Shown here: positions 9,240-17,351 of the stretch, piece by piece | Layout: each line of letters begins with the position of its first letter | Numbering within the stretch: position 1 is the stretch's first letter | Source of the DNA: an uncultured Actinomycetota bacterium | GTDB lineage: Bacteria; Actinomycetota; Actinomycetes; JAHEKZ01 | Length of the DNA: 64,000 nucleotides | Assembly: GCA_963718235.1 (NCBI GenBank) | Contig: CAVQYR010000001.1 | Coordinates: forward strand, 608,001 to 672,000 | Direction: 5' to 3' | Notes under the pieces: model-generated | The model's database searches: none | What the model was told of the DNA's origin: nothing | What the model saw: the letters and a program-made list of their open reading frames with translations, nothing else | Translations under genes and position numbers: made by a program

Positions 9240-10931
9240 ATGAACCCCTCGACCGCGCTCGCCACGGTGCTGGTCGACGAGCTGCTGCGGTGCGGGGTGC
9301 GGGAGGCAGTGCTGTCGCCCGGGTCGCGCTCGACGCCGCTGGCGCTGGCCCTCCAGGCGGCCGACGACGACGGGCGGGTCCGCCTGCACGTGCGGATCGA
9401 CGAGCGCAGTGCGGGCTTCCTGGCCCTCGGGCTGGCCAAGGTGTCGCACGCCCCGGTCCCCGTCGTGACCACCTCGGGGACGGCGGCGGCGAACCTGCAC
9501 CCGGCCGTGCTGGAGGCCGACCAGAGCGGCGTGCCCCTGCTCGTGCTCTCCGCGGACCGCCCCCCTGAGCTGCGTTCGACCGGTGCCAACCAGACCATCG
9601 ACCAGGTCAAGCTCTACGGCAGCGCGGTGCGGCTGTTCGCCGAGGTCGGTACCCCGGATGCGGTGGTGGGCCTCACCGCCTACTGGCGGGCGCTGGCCGG
9701 GCGGGCCGCGGCCGCGGCCCTCGGCACCTTGTCGCGCGACCCGGGCCCGGTCCACCTCAACCTCGCGTTCCGCGAGCCCCTGGTGCCCAACGGCGACGCG
9801 ACCTGGCCGGAGCCGCTGGGAGGCCGCCCCGACGGTCAGCCCTGGACCCTGGTCGAGCCGGCCGACACGCTCGCGCCGAACGCGAGCCTGCCGGCGCGCA
9901 CCCTGGTGATCGTGGGCGACGCCCTTCCCGAGCTCGGGCGAGACGCCGTCCGCCTGGCCGAGGAGCGAGGCTGGCCCGTCGTCAGCGAGCCGAGCGGGAA
10001 CGCGCGCAGTGGGCCGAACGCGATCTCGACCGGCGGGCTCCTGCTCGCTTCGCCGCAGTTCCTCGTCGAGGCGCGGCCCGACCACGTGCTCGTCGTGGGT
10101 CGACCGACCGTCTCCCGGGCGGTGATGGTGCTGCTGGGTGACCCTCGGGTCTCCGTCTCGGTCGTGGCTGGGGCCGAGCGCTGGGCGGATGCCACGCGCA
10201 CGGCGGCGCACGTGCTGCCGGGGCTACCGGTCAGCGACGGCCACCACGAGCCGGACGAGGAGTGGCTGCAGACGTGGCGAGACGCCGAGGCTGCGGCCAG
10301 AGCGTCGCTCGACGACCTCCTGGACGAAGGCCTCAGCGAGCCGCGGCTGGCCCGCGACCTGTGCGCGGCGCTGCCCGCGGACGCCCTGCTCTACCTGGGC
10401 TCCTCGATGCCGGTCCGCGACGTGTTCCACGCCGCTGCGGCCCGCGACGGCGTGACCGTGCTGGCCAACCGCGGAGCCGCTGGGATCGACGGCACGATCT
10501 CTAGTGCGATTGGTGCGGCGCTTGCCTGGCAACGTTCCGGCGGTGGGCGGGCCTTCGCGCTGGTCGGTGACCTGACCGCGCTGCACGACGGAAACGGGCT
10601 GATCCTCGGACCCGACGAGATGCGGCCCGACCTCACGATCGTGGTCGTGAACAACGACGGTGGTGCGATCTTCGGTTTGCTGGAGCAGTCAGGCGAGGAG
10701 CACGCCGACGCCTACGAACGGGTTTTCGGCACTCCCCACGGGGTCGACTTCGCCGCCTGGTGCGGTGCGACGCAGACGCCGTTCACCCGCGCGCGCGACG
10801 TGGTCGGGGCCCTGACGGCTGCGCTCGACCCTCGCGGTGGCCTCCAGGTCGTCGAGCTGCGCACCGACCGAGCCGACGTGGCCAAGACGCAGGCCGCGCT
10901 GCGCGACGTCGTCACCCGAGCAGTCACCTGA
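9240..10931 (+). CDS. menD: SEPHCHC synthase (ThDP-dependent)
   Basis: 'SPGSRSTPL', 'DERSAGFLALG', 'ANRGAAGIDG' and 'GDLTALHD...NNDGGAIF'; AGGAG RBS. Confidence 0.97.
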   Translation: MNPSTALATVLVDELLRCGVREAVLSPGSRSTPLALALQAADDDGRVRLHVRIDERSAGFLALGLAKVSHAPVPVVTTSGTAAANLHPAVLEADQSGVPLLVLSADRPPELRSTGANQTIDQVKLYGSAVRLFAEVGTPDAVVGLTAYWRALAGRAAAAALGTLSRDPGPVHLNLAFREPLVPNGDATWPEPLGGRPDGQPWTLVEPADTLAPNASLPARTLVIVGDALPELGRDAVRLAEERGWPVVSEPSGNARSGPNAISTGGLLLASPQFLVEARPDHVLVVGRPTVSRAVMVLLGDPRVSVSVVAGAERWADATRTAAHVLPGLPVSDGHHEPDEEWLQTWRDAEAAARASLDDLLDEGLSEPRLARDLCAALPADALLYLGSSMPVRDVFHAAAARDGVTVLANRGAAGIDGTISSAIGAALAWQRSGGGRAFALVGDLTALHDGNGLILGPDEMRPDLTIVVVNNDGGAIFGLLEQSGEEHADAYERVFGTPHGVDFAAWCGATQTPFTRARDVVGALTAALDPRGGLQVVELRTDRADVAKTQAALRDVVTRAVT

Positions 10932-10952
10932 ACCGCGCCCGGGCGACACCGG

Positions 10953-11927
10953 CTAGGCCTGGGCCTTCTTGGTCTCCTCGATGATCGCCGGAAGGATCTT
11001 GTGCAGGTCACCGATGACGGCGTAGTCGGCGTAGCCCATGATCGCTGCCTCGGCGTCGTTGTTGATCACGATCATCGTCTTGGCGTTACGGCACCCGGCA
11101 ATGTGCTGGGTCGCCCCGCTGATCCCTGCGGCGATGTAGAGGTCCGGCGCCACCTTCGTACCGGTCTGCCCCACCTGCTCGGTGTGTGGTCGCCACCCGT
11201 TCCCGGTGACCACCCGAGAGCAGCCGACTGCTCCGCCGAGCAGCTCGGCGAGCTCCTCCAGCGGTGCGAACCCCTCGGCGCTGCCCACGCCACGCCCACC
11301 GGACACGATCACCTTGGCGTCGGCCAGTGAGACCTTGCCGGGGCCGGCCTCCTCGTCGGCCGCCGGCTGCGCGAGCACGACGAGGTCGGCGTCGGACAGC
11401 TCGGGGGTGAACTCGGCGACCGCGACCGTGGTCGCCCCGCCCGGCTCTGCGGCGAACGTGTGCGGGACGACGGTGGCGAGGGTCGTGGGTGCGTGCACGA
11501 TCGCCTCCTCGATGAGGCTGCCGCCCCACCGCGCCCTGGTCACCGTGGTCGGGTCACCGGGCTGGACGGCGACGCAGTCCGCGGCGACGGGAAGGTCGGT
11601 GATCGCACCCAGGTGGGCGAGCACCTCGTTCCCGCGCAGTGAACCGACGGCCAGCACGACCGTGGTGCCCGAGCGCTGCATCACCTCGGCCACCGCCCGC
11701 GCCGACGCGAGCGGCGCGTAGTCGGTCAGGCCGGGGTGCACGGCCAGGTGCGCCGTGGTGACTCCGTAGTCACCGAGGGCAGCTGTGGCGGGCCGGCCGT
11801 CTTCTCCGACGACGACAGCCTCGAGCGGCTCTGCGAGCCCACCCGCCAGCTGGCGACCGAAGGTCAGCGCCTGCAGCGTCAGCTCGTCCAGCTGTCCGTG
11901 GTCGTGGTCGACGAGGACGAGTACCAC
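10953..11927 (-). CDS. etfA: Electron transfer flavoprotein alpha subunit
   Basis: 'VSGGRGVGS' and 'QVGQTGTKVAPDLYIAAGISGATQHIAG'. Confidence 0.96.
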   Translation of the reverse strand: MVLVLVDHDHGQLDELTLQALTFGRQLAGGLAEPLEAVVVGEDGRPATAALGDYGVTTAHLAVHPGLTDYAPLASARAVAEVMQRSGTTVVLAVGSLRGNEVLAHLGAITDLPVAADCVAVQPGDPTTVTRARWGGSLIEEAIVHAPTTLATVVPHTFAAEPGGATTVAVAEFTPELSDADLVVLAQPAADEEAGPGKVSLADAKVIVSGGRGVGSAEGFAPLEELAELLGGAVGCSRVVTGNGWRPHTEQVGQTGTKVAPDLYIAAGISGATQHIAGCRNAKTMIVINNDAEAAIMGYADYAVIGDLHKILPAIIEETKKAQA

Positions 11928-12683
11928 TCAGATCACCCCGATCTGCTTGAAGATCTCGACGACTGCGGGCGCGGCTTCCGGACCGGTGCCCAGCACGGCG
12001 GCCTGCTTGGCCTCGGTCTGCGGGACGACGAGCCGGGTCTTCTGCAGCCGCGGCTCGGGACGGTCCGGCGTGCGTCGGTCGACCGGCTTCTTCTTGGCCC
12101 GGATGCGTCCTGGCACCGATGGGTAGCGAGGCACGTTCAGCCCGTCGAGCACGGTGACCACGGCCGGGAGCGGAACCTCGTAGCGCTCGCGCGCCGATGC
12201 GGTGGGTCGTTCGCAGGTGACCCGACCGTCGTCGACGGTCATCGCCTTCACCCCGGTGACGACGGGTCGGCCCAGGGTGTGGGCCACCCGGATGCCGACC
12301 TGGTAGCCGCTTGCGTCGGCCGACTCGTTGCCCATGATCACCAGGTCGAACGAGGTCTCGTCGGCCACGATCGCCTCGGCGATCGCCGTCGCCGTCGCCT
12401 GCGGGTCCCACTCCTGGCCGTCGGTCTCGATCAGGATGCCCCGGTCGGCGCCGATCGCCATCTGCTCGCGGATCTGCTCCTCGGCCTCGGCCGGGCCGAG
12501 GGTGAGCACGGTGACGCTGCCCCCGTGCTTCTCCACGAGCCGGACCGCCTCCTCGACCGCGACCTCCTCGTGCGGGCTGATCGTGAATCCGAGCCGGGCC
12601 GTCTCGATGTCCAGGCCGTCCTCGGTGATGGTGAACTTGCCCCCGCTCAGGGGGACCCGCTTGATGCAGACCAGGATGTCCAT
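11928..12683 (-). CDS. etfB: Electron transfer flavoprotein beta subunit
   Basis: 'MDILVCIKRVP', 'AVEEAVRL', 'GADRG' and 'NVPRYPS'. Confidence 0.95.
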   Translation of the reverse strand: MDILVCIKRVPLSGGKFTITEDGLDIETARLGFTISPHEEVAVEEAVRLVEKHGGSVTVLTLGPAEAEEQIREQMAIGADRGILIETDGQEWDPQATATAIAEAIVADETSFDLVIMGNESADASGYQVGIRVAHTLGRPVVTGVKAMTVDDGRVTCERPTASARERYEVPLPAVVTVLDGLNVPRYPSVPGRIRAKKKPVDRRTPDRPEPRLQKTRLVVPQTEAKQAAVLGTGPEAAPAVVEIFKQIGVI

Positions 12684-15202
12684 CAGGAGAGAATCCGCTC
12701 GTTCTTGGGGTCGAACAGGGGAGTGGCGCCGGCCACGGCGACCGTCACCGGGTAGTGCTCACCGAGGTACTCCACGACGAGCTTGGTGCCCTCGACGGCG
12801 TACTGCGGCGGCAGGTAGCTCATGAGCACGTGCTGCCCGAGTGACGGTGCCGAGCCGGCGCTGGTGACGAACGAGTACCGGCCGTGAGCGTCGACGATCG
12901 AACCGTGGTCGGGCGTGAGGATCGGCTCCTTGCCCATCATGTAGCGCTTCTCGCCGGTGCTGCTGGTGTGGTCGTCGACGGTCAACGTGCACAGCACGGT
13001 CACGGGCTCGGCCTCGCGGTGCTTCAGGTGCGCGGCTTTGCCGATGAAGTCGTGCTCCTTGATCTTCGGCGGAGCCATGCCGGCCTCGACGACGGTGTAC
13101 TCAGACTCCAGCTCTGCGCCGAAGGCCCGGTAACCCTTCTCGAGTCGTCCGGTCGTGCCGTAGACGCCAATGCCGACGGGGACGACGCCGTACTCCTGGC
13201 CAGCGTCCCAGACGGCGTCCCACAGCTGGGCGCCCTGCTCCATCGGGACGTAGAGCTCCCAGCCGAGGTCGCCCACGTAGGAGATCCGTGAGGCGAGCAC
13301 CTTCAAGGACCCGATCTCGATCGTGCGGCAGGTGCCGAACTTGAAGGCCTCGTTGGAGACGTCGTCACGAGTGATGCTGGACAAGATGTCCCTGGCCTTG
13401 GGCCCCCAGAGTCCCAGCGTCGTGTACGACGACGTGAGGTCGAACACCTGCGCCGTGCCGTCGGCCGGCAGGTTGTCGGAGAACCACTTGAGGTCGGCCA
13501 TTCCGTGAGCGCCACCGGTGACCACTCGGTAGTGGTCGTGTCCGAGACGCATCACGGTCAGGTCGGACTTGAAGCCACCGCTGGGCGAGAGCACCGGCGT
13601 GTAGACGACACGGCCGTTCGGGACGTCCATCTGGCGCATGCAGACCGTCTGCAGTGCCTCGAGCGCGCCGGGACCGGTGATGTCGAAGATGACGAAGGCG
13701 GTGAGGTCCACCATGCCTGCGGTGTCGCGCATCGCCAGGTGCTCGGCGTTGATGATCGGTGACCACCAGCGCGACTCCCACTCGGCGGTGCGTGGCATCA
13801 CGGCGTCGCCGTACTTGGCGACCAGGTCGGCGTTCGACTCGTACCAGAACGGCCGCTCCCAGCCGGCGGTCTCGAAGAACGTGGCTCCGAGCGCCTTCTC
13901 GCGCTCGTAGAACGGCGAGAGCCGCACGTTGCGGTTGGACTCCCACTGCTCGGCCGGGTGAACGATGCCGTAGGTCTTGTTGAAGCCCTCGGCCGTACGC
14001 TCCTTGACGTTCTTGCGCGTCGTCTGATGGGGGTAGAAGCGGGCGATGTCGGAGGCCTGCAGGTCGATCTCGGACTCGCCGTTGACCATCCACTCCGAGA
14101 CGGCGCGGCCGATGCCTGGGCCCTCCTTGATCCACACCGCAGACACCGACCAGAGGCCCTTGACCTCGGGCGTCTCGCCGAGCAGTGGCATGCCGTCAGG
14201 AGTCAGCGAGAGCAGTCCGTTGATGGCGTACTTCTGGCCGACGGTCTCGTCGCCGACGATCTCGGGCATCAGCTCGAGTGCCTGCTCGTACTGCAGCTCG
14301 AAGTCCTCGGCGGTGAAGGGGAACTCGGTGGGCGACAGCTGCGCCTCCTCGACCGACGGCAGGTCCTCGGGGTCGTAGAGGATCGCGCGGTGTGCGTAGG
14401 AGCCGATCTCCAGGCCGCCGCCGTGCTGGCGCTCGTACATGTTGGTGTCCATGTCGCGCACGATCGGGAACTCGATGTCGCCCTTGGCGTCGGCGAACCG
14501 GGGCACGGGTCCGACGTCGATCATCTGGTGCACTGCCGGCGTCAACGGGATCGAGGCACCGGCCATCCGGGCCAGGCGCGGACCCCACAGCCCGGTCGCG
14601 ATGACGACGTACTCGGCCTCGATCCGGCCCTTGTCGGTGACCACGGCCTTGACCCGGCCGTCCTCGACCTCGATGTCGTGCACCTCGGTCTCTGCCGAGA
14701 CCGTCAAGGCCCCCATCTCCTGGGCCTTCTCGCGCATCAGCGTGCCGGCGCGCAACGAGTCGACCACACCGACGGTCGGTGTGTAGAAGCCACCGAGGAT
14801 CACACTGCCGTCCATGTACGGCACGAGCTCGACGCACTCATCAGGGGTGAGGATGGTGCAGTCGGGAATGCCCCAGGCCTTGGACGACGACATGCGGCGC
14901 TGCAGCTCCTGCATGCGCTCCTCGGTGCGCGCGACCTCGATGCCACCGCACTGGGTGAAGACACCGAGCTCCTTGTACTGCTTGACGCTGTCGAAGGTGA
15001 GCAGCGCCATCTCCTTGGTGTGGTCGACCGGGAAGATGAAGTTCGACGCGTGGCCGGTCGAACCGCCGGGGTTCGGCAGCGGGCCCTTGTCGATCTGCAC
15101 GAGGTCGCGCCAGCCCAGACGCGCCAGGTGGTAGGCCATGGAGTTGCCGACGATGCCGGCGCCGATGATGACCGCCTTGGCCTTGGTGGGGAGGGTGCTC
15201 AT
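12683..15202 (-). CDS. Dimethylglycine/sarcosine dehydrogenase family (FAD domain plus GcvT folate-binding domain)
   Basis: 'IIGAGIVG', 'GGSTGHA' (covalent FAD His), 'TPDGMPLLG', 'GWERP', 'SYVGDLGWELY' and 'RLEKGYR'. 839 aa, translationally coupled to etfB. Confidence 0.9.
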   Translation of the reverse strand: MSTLPTKAKAVIIGAGIVGNSMAYHLARLGWRDLVQIDKGPLPNPGGSTGHASNFIFPVDHTKEMALLTFDSVKQYKELGVFTQCGGIEVARTEERMQELQRRMSSSKAWGIPDCTILTPDECVELVPYMDGSVILGGFYTPTVGVVDSLRAGTLMREKAQEMGALTVSAETEVHDIEVEDGRVKAVVTDKGRIEAEYVVIATGLWGPRLARMAGASIPLTPAVHQMIDVGPVPRFADAKGDIEFPIVRDMDTNMYERQHGGGLEIGSYAHRAILYDPEDLPSVEEAQLSPTEFPFTAEDFELQYEQALELMPEIVGDETVGQKYAINGLLSLTPDGMPLLGETPEVKGLWSVSAVWIKEGPGIGRAVSEWMVNGESEIDLQASDIARFYPHQTTRKNVKERTAEGFNKTYGIVHPAEQWESNRNVRLSPFYEREKALGATFFETAGWERPFWYESNADLVAKYGDAVMPRTAEWESRWWSPIINAEHLAMRDTAGMVDLTAFVIFDITGPGALEALQTVCMRQMDVPNGRVVYTPVLSPSGGFKSDLTVMRLGHDHYRVVTGGAHGMADLKWFSDNLPADGTAQVFDLTSSYTTLGLWGPKARDILSSITRDDVSNEAFKFGTCRTIEIGSLKVLASRISYVGDLGWELYVPMEQGAQLWDAVWDAGQEYGVVPVGIGVYGTTGRLEKGYRAFGAELESEYTVVEAGMAPPKIKEHDFIGKAAHLKHREAEPVTVLCTLTVDDHTSSTGEKRYMMGKEPILTPDHGSIVDAHGRYSFVTSAGSAPSLGQHVLMSYLPPQYAVEGTKLVVEYLGEHYPVTVAVAGATPLFDPKNERILS

Positions 15203-15247
15203 GGTGCGTTCCCTTCGTTTCCTGACGGGTGGTGCCGGTGCGTGGTG

Positions 15248-15919
15248 CTACAGCGAACGGCGGATCGAGCCTTCGAATCCGTCGACGTGGGAGGACATGA
15301 CGGCGGTGGCGCGCTCGGCGTCACCGCTGCGGATGGCCTCGAGCAGGCTGCGGTGCTCGAGGACGGCGTCCTCGAGGTGGCTGACCCGGTCGAGGGCGAG
15401 GAACCAGATGCGTAGCGCGTGCATGTAGTGCTCGTCGAGCACGGATGCCAGGAACTCGTTGTGGGCGGCCCGGTGCACGAACCGGTGGATGCGCTGGTCG
15501 ACCTCGATCAGCCGGCGCTCCTCGGGCAGCTCGCCCAGGGCGTCCAGCTCGACGAGCAGGCCCTCGAGGTCGTCGCGGTCGGCGTCGTTTCGCCGCTCGG
15601 CGGCGAGACCGGCCGCGAACGGCTCCAGGACGCTGCGCACCTCCGACAGGGCGGCCAGGTCGCGGACGTCGACGCCTGCGACGAACATGCCGCGCCGGGG
15701 GTAGACCTCGACCAGGTTCTCCCTAGCCAGGGCGCGAAGCGCCTCGCGCACGGGGGTGCGGCCGATCCCGAGCCGGGCCATCAGGTCCTGCTCGCTGACC
15801 ACCGACCCGGGGGCGAGGTCGAGGGTGACGATCATGCTGCGGATCGCGTAGTAGGCCTGCTCCGACTGCGAGCCGGCATCGGCCGACGCCGGCTGCAGGA
15901 TCTCCACGGACGAGGTCAC
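15248..15919 (-). CDS. GntR (FadR/FCD subfamily) regulator
   Basis: 'SEQDLMARLGIGRTPVREAL' wHTH plus FCD histidines. Confidence 0.94.
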   Translation of the reverse strand: MTSSVEILQPASADAGSQSEQAYYAIRSMIVTLDLAPGSVVSEQDLMARLGIGRTPVREALRALARENLVEVYPRRGMFVAGVDVRDLAALSEVRSVLEPFAAGLAAERRNDADRDDLEGLLVELDALGELPEERRLIEVDQRIHRFVHRAAHNEFLASVLDEHYMHALRIWFLALDRVSHLEDAVLEHRSLLEAIRSGDAERATAVMSSHVDGFEGSIRRSL

Positions 15920-15920
15920 G

Positions 15921-15936
15921 GTATAGATATATCAGT
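15921..15936. promoter_or_regulatory. Putative GntR operator (GATATATC palindrome)
   Basis: AT-rich GTATAGATATATCAGT immediately upstream of the gntR start codon. Confidence 0.55.
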
Positions 15937-15964
15937 TACCCCCCGATTCGTACACCACCTCTTT

Positions 15965-16030
15965 CAAGTTGATCATGGACATGATGTGCGGTCTCGACCG
16001 GTTTCGACCGCATCTTCTGCTTGATCAACG
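15965..16030 (+). repeat. REP-like palindromic repeat, copy A
   Basis: GTTGATCA...TGATCAAC ends with an internal TGCGGTC/GACCGCA stem. First 36 nt match the reverse complement of copy B at 34 positions. Confidence 0.8.
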
Positions 16031-16066
16031 CGACGTGGGCGAGTGAAGCCCTGGGGTGGGGGGGAG

Positions 16067-16519
16067 TTACTGGCCGGCCTCCGCGGCGCGCAGCCGGCGG
16101 GCCAGCACCGACAGCATCGGGACGGCGACCTCGGGGTGCTCGTCGAGCAGGGCCTTGAACGTCGGCTTCTCCAGCGCGAAGGTCGTCATGCCCTCCGGCC
16201 CGGCCACGACATCGGCCGTGCGTGGTTCGCCGTCGATGAGCGACAGCTCGCCGAAGTACTGCCCAGGCCCGAGGGTCGCCACGGTGGTGCCTCCCTTGAC
16301 GACGTCGCCGGAGCCCTCCAGGACGAGGTGGAAGAGCACCCCTCGGGCGGAGAAGGTCTTGAACCCGGCGACCGACTCACCCTCGACGGTCACCTTCTCG
16401 CCAGGGGGGAAGCGGCCCTCCTCACCGGCGTGCACGAGCTTCTTCAGGGTGCGATGGGACAGACCGGAGAACAGGTCGGTCGACTCCATGACCGTGACGA
16501 TCGCCTCTGTGGAATCCAC
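16067..16519 (-). CDS. Stand-alone cyclic-nucleotide-binding domain protein (150 aa)
   Basis: 'LGPGQYFGELSLIDGEPRTADVVA' phosphate-binding cassette, no C-terminal HTH, GGGAGG RBS before the GTG. Confidence 0.88.
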   Translation of the reverse strand: MDSTEAIVTVMESTDLFSGLSHRTLKKLVHAGEEGRFPPGEKVTVEGESVAGFKTFSARGVLFHLVLEGSGDVVKGGTTVATLGPGQYFGELSLIDGEPRTADVVAGPEGMTTFALEKPTFKALLDEHPEVAVPMLSVLARRLRAAEAGQ

Positions 16520-16646
16520 GTACGCTTCCCTCCCGCAAAGCCCCCGTCCGACCGTCGGGCGGAGGCGACAACCGTCGTCGCGGCTCGGTGCTGACCGAGG
16601 AGCGCGACGGACCTGGGCATGATCGTCCGCTGACCGGGTACGCCGG

Positions 16647-17351
16647 TCAACCCCCCGGTGCTGTCGTCCCCGGTCGGGACGGCGTCGAACGTGCAGAACA
16701 TGAGGTCCGAAACGGTCGAGACCGCACATCAAGTCCAAGATCAACTTGGGGGTGGGGTGGGGGGTCGGCGGTGAGGAGGCGCTGCAGCTCGGCCTCCAGG
16801 CCGGCCAGGCCGACGTCGACCACCTCGAGCGGCAGGCCGATCGCGGCCGCGGCCACGCGGGCGGCGGCGGTCAGCTCGGGCGTGCGTCGCTGGGCGAGCC
16901 ACACGACCCGGGTGTAGCGACCGAAGTAGTCGTCGCGCAGCTCGGGGTACCGGTCGAGCCCCAGCTCGGCCAGGACGGTCCGGCGAAACGAGAGCACCAG
17001 GAAGTCGGTGAGCACGTAGGTGCCGGGCTGCTCCTCGAACACCTGCTTCATCCGTTGGACGCCGGCGAACACGTCGTAGCAGTGCGCGCCGCCGAGCCGA
17101 CCGACACCGCGGCGGGCACAGACGTCGTCGAGCGCCCCGTAGGTGCCGCAGTCGGCGTACCCGACGGCCAACCGCTGGTGGCGGGCCGACAGCTCGTCGA
17201 GCGCCACCTCGACCGCGTCAGCGATCCGCTCGGGGTGGTTGTGCAGCAGCGGGGGCAGCGGTTTGACCTCGATCGGCCAGCCGCGGGCGTCGGCGACCGA
17301 GGAGATGTCGGAGGCGATCGCCCCGCACGCGACGACGCCGACGGAGGTCAC
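16647..17351 (-). CDS. DUF1638-like protein (corrinoid reactivation partner)
   Basis: 'VVACGAIA', 'LPPLLHNHPERI', 'YADCGTYGALD', 'GAHCY', 'GTYVLTDFL' and 'LGLDRYPELRDDYF'. GTGA overlap with the RACo gene. Confidence 0.85.
   Translation of the reverse strand: MTSVGVVACGAIASDISSVADARGWPIEVKPLPPLLHNHPERIADAVEVALDELSARHQRLAVGYADCGTYGALDDVCARRGVGRLGGAHCYDVFAGVQRMKQVFEEQPGTYVLTDFLVLSFRRTVLAELGLDRYPELRDDYFGRYTRVVWLAQRRTPELTAAARVAAAAIGLPLEVVDVGLAGLEAELQRLLTADPPPHPQVDLGLDVRSRPFRTSCSARSTPSRPGTTAPGG
16682..16748 (-). repeat. REP-like repeat, copy B (inverted relative to copy A)
   Basis: Reverse complement reads CAAGTTGATCTTGGACTTGATGTGCGGTCTCGACCG. Confidence 0.8.

Noticed and set aside
15965-16748. 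IS element or classical MITE
   Set aside because: No transposase and no target-site duplication, and the repeats are self-palindromic; kept as REP-like instead.
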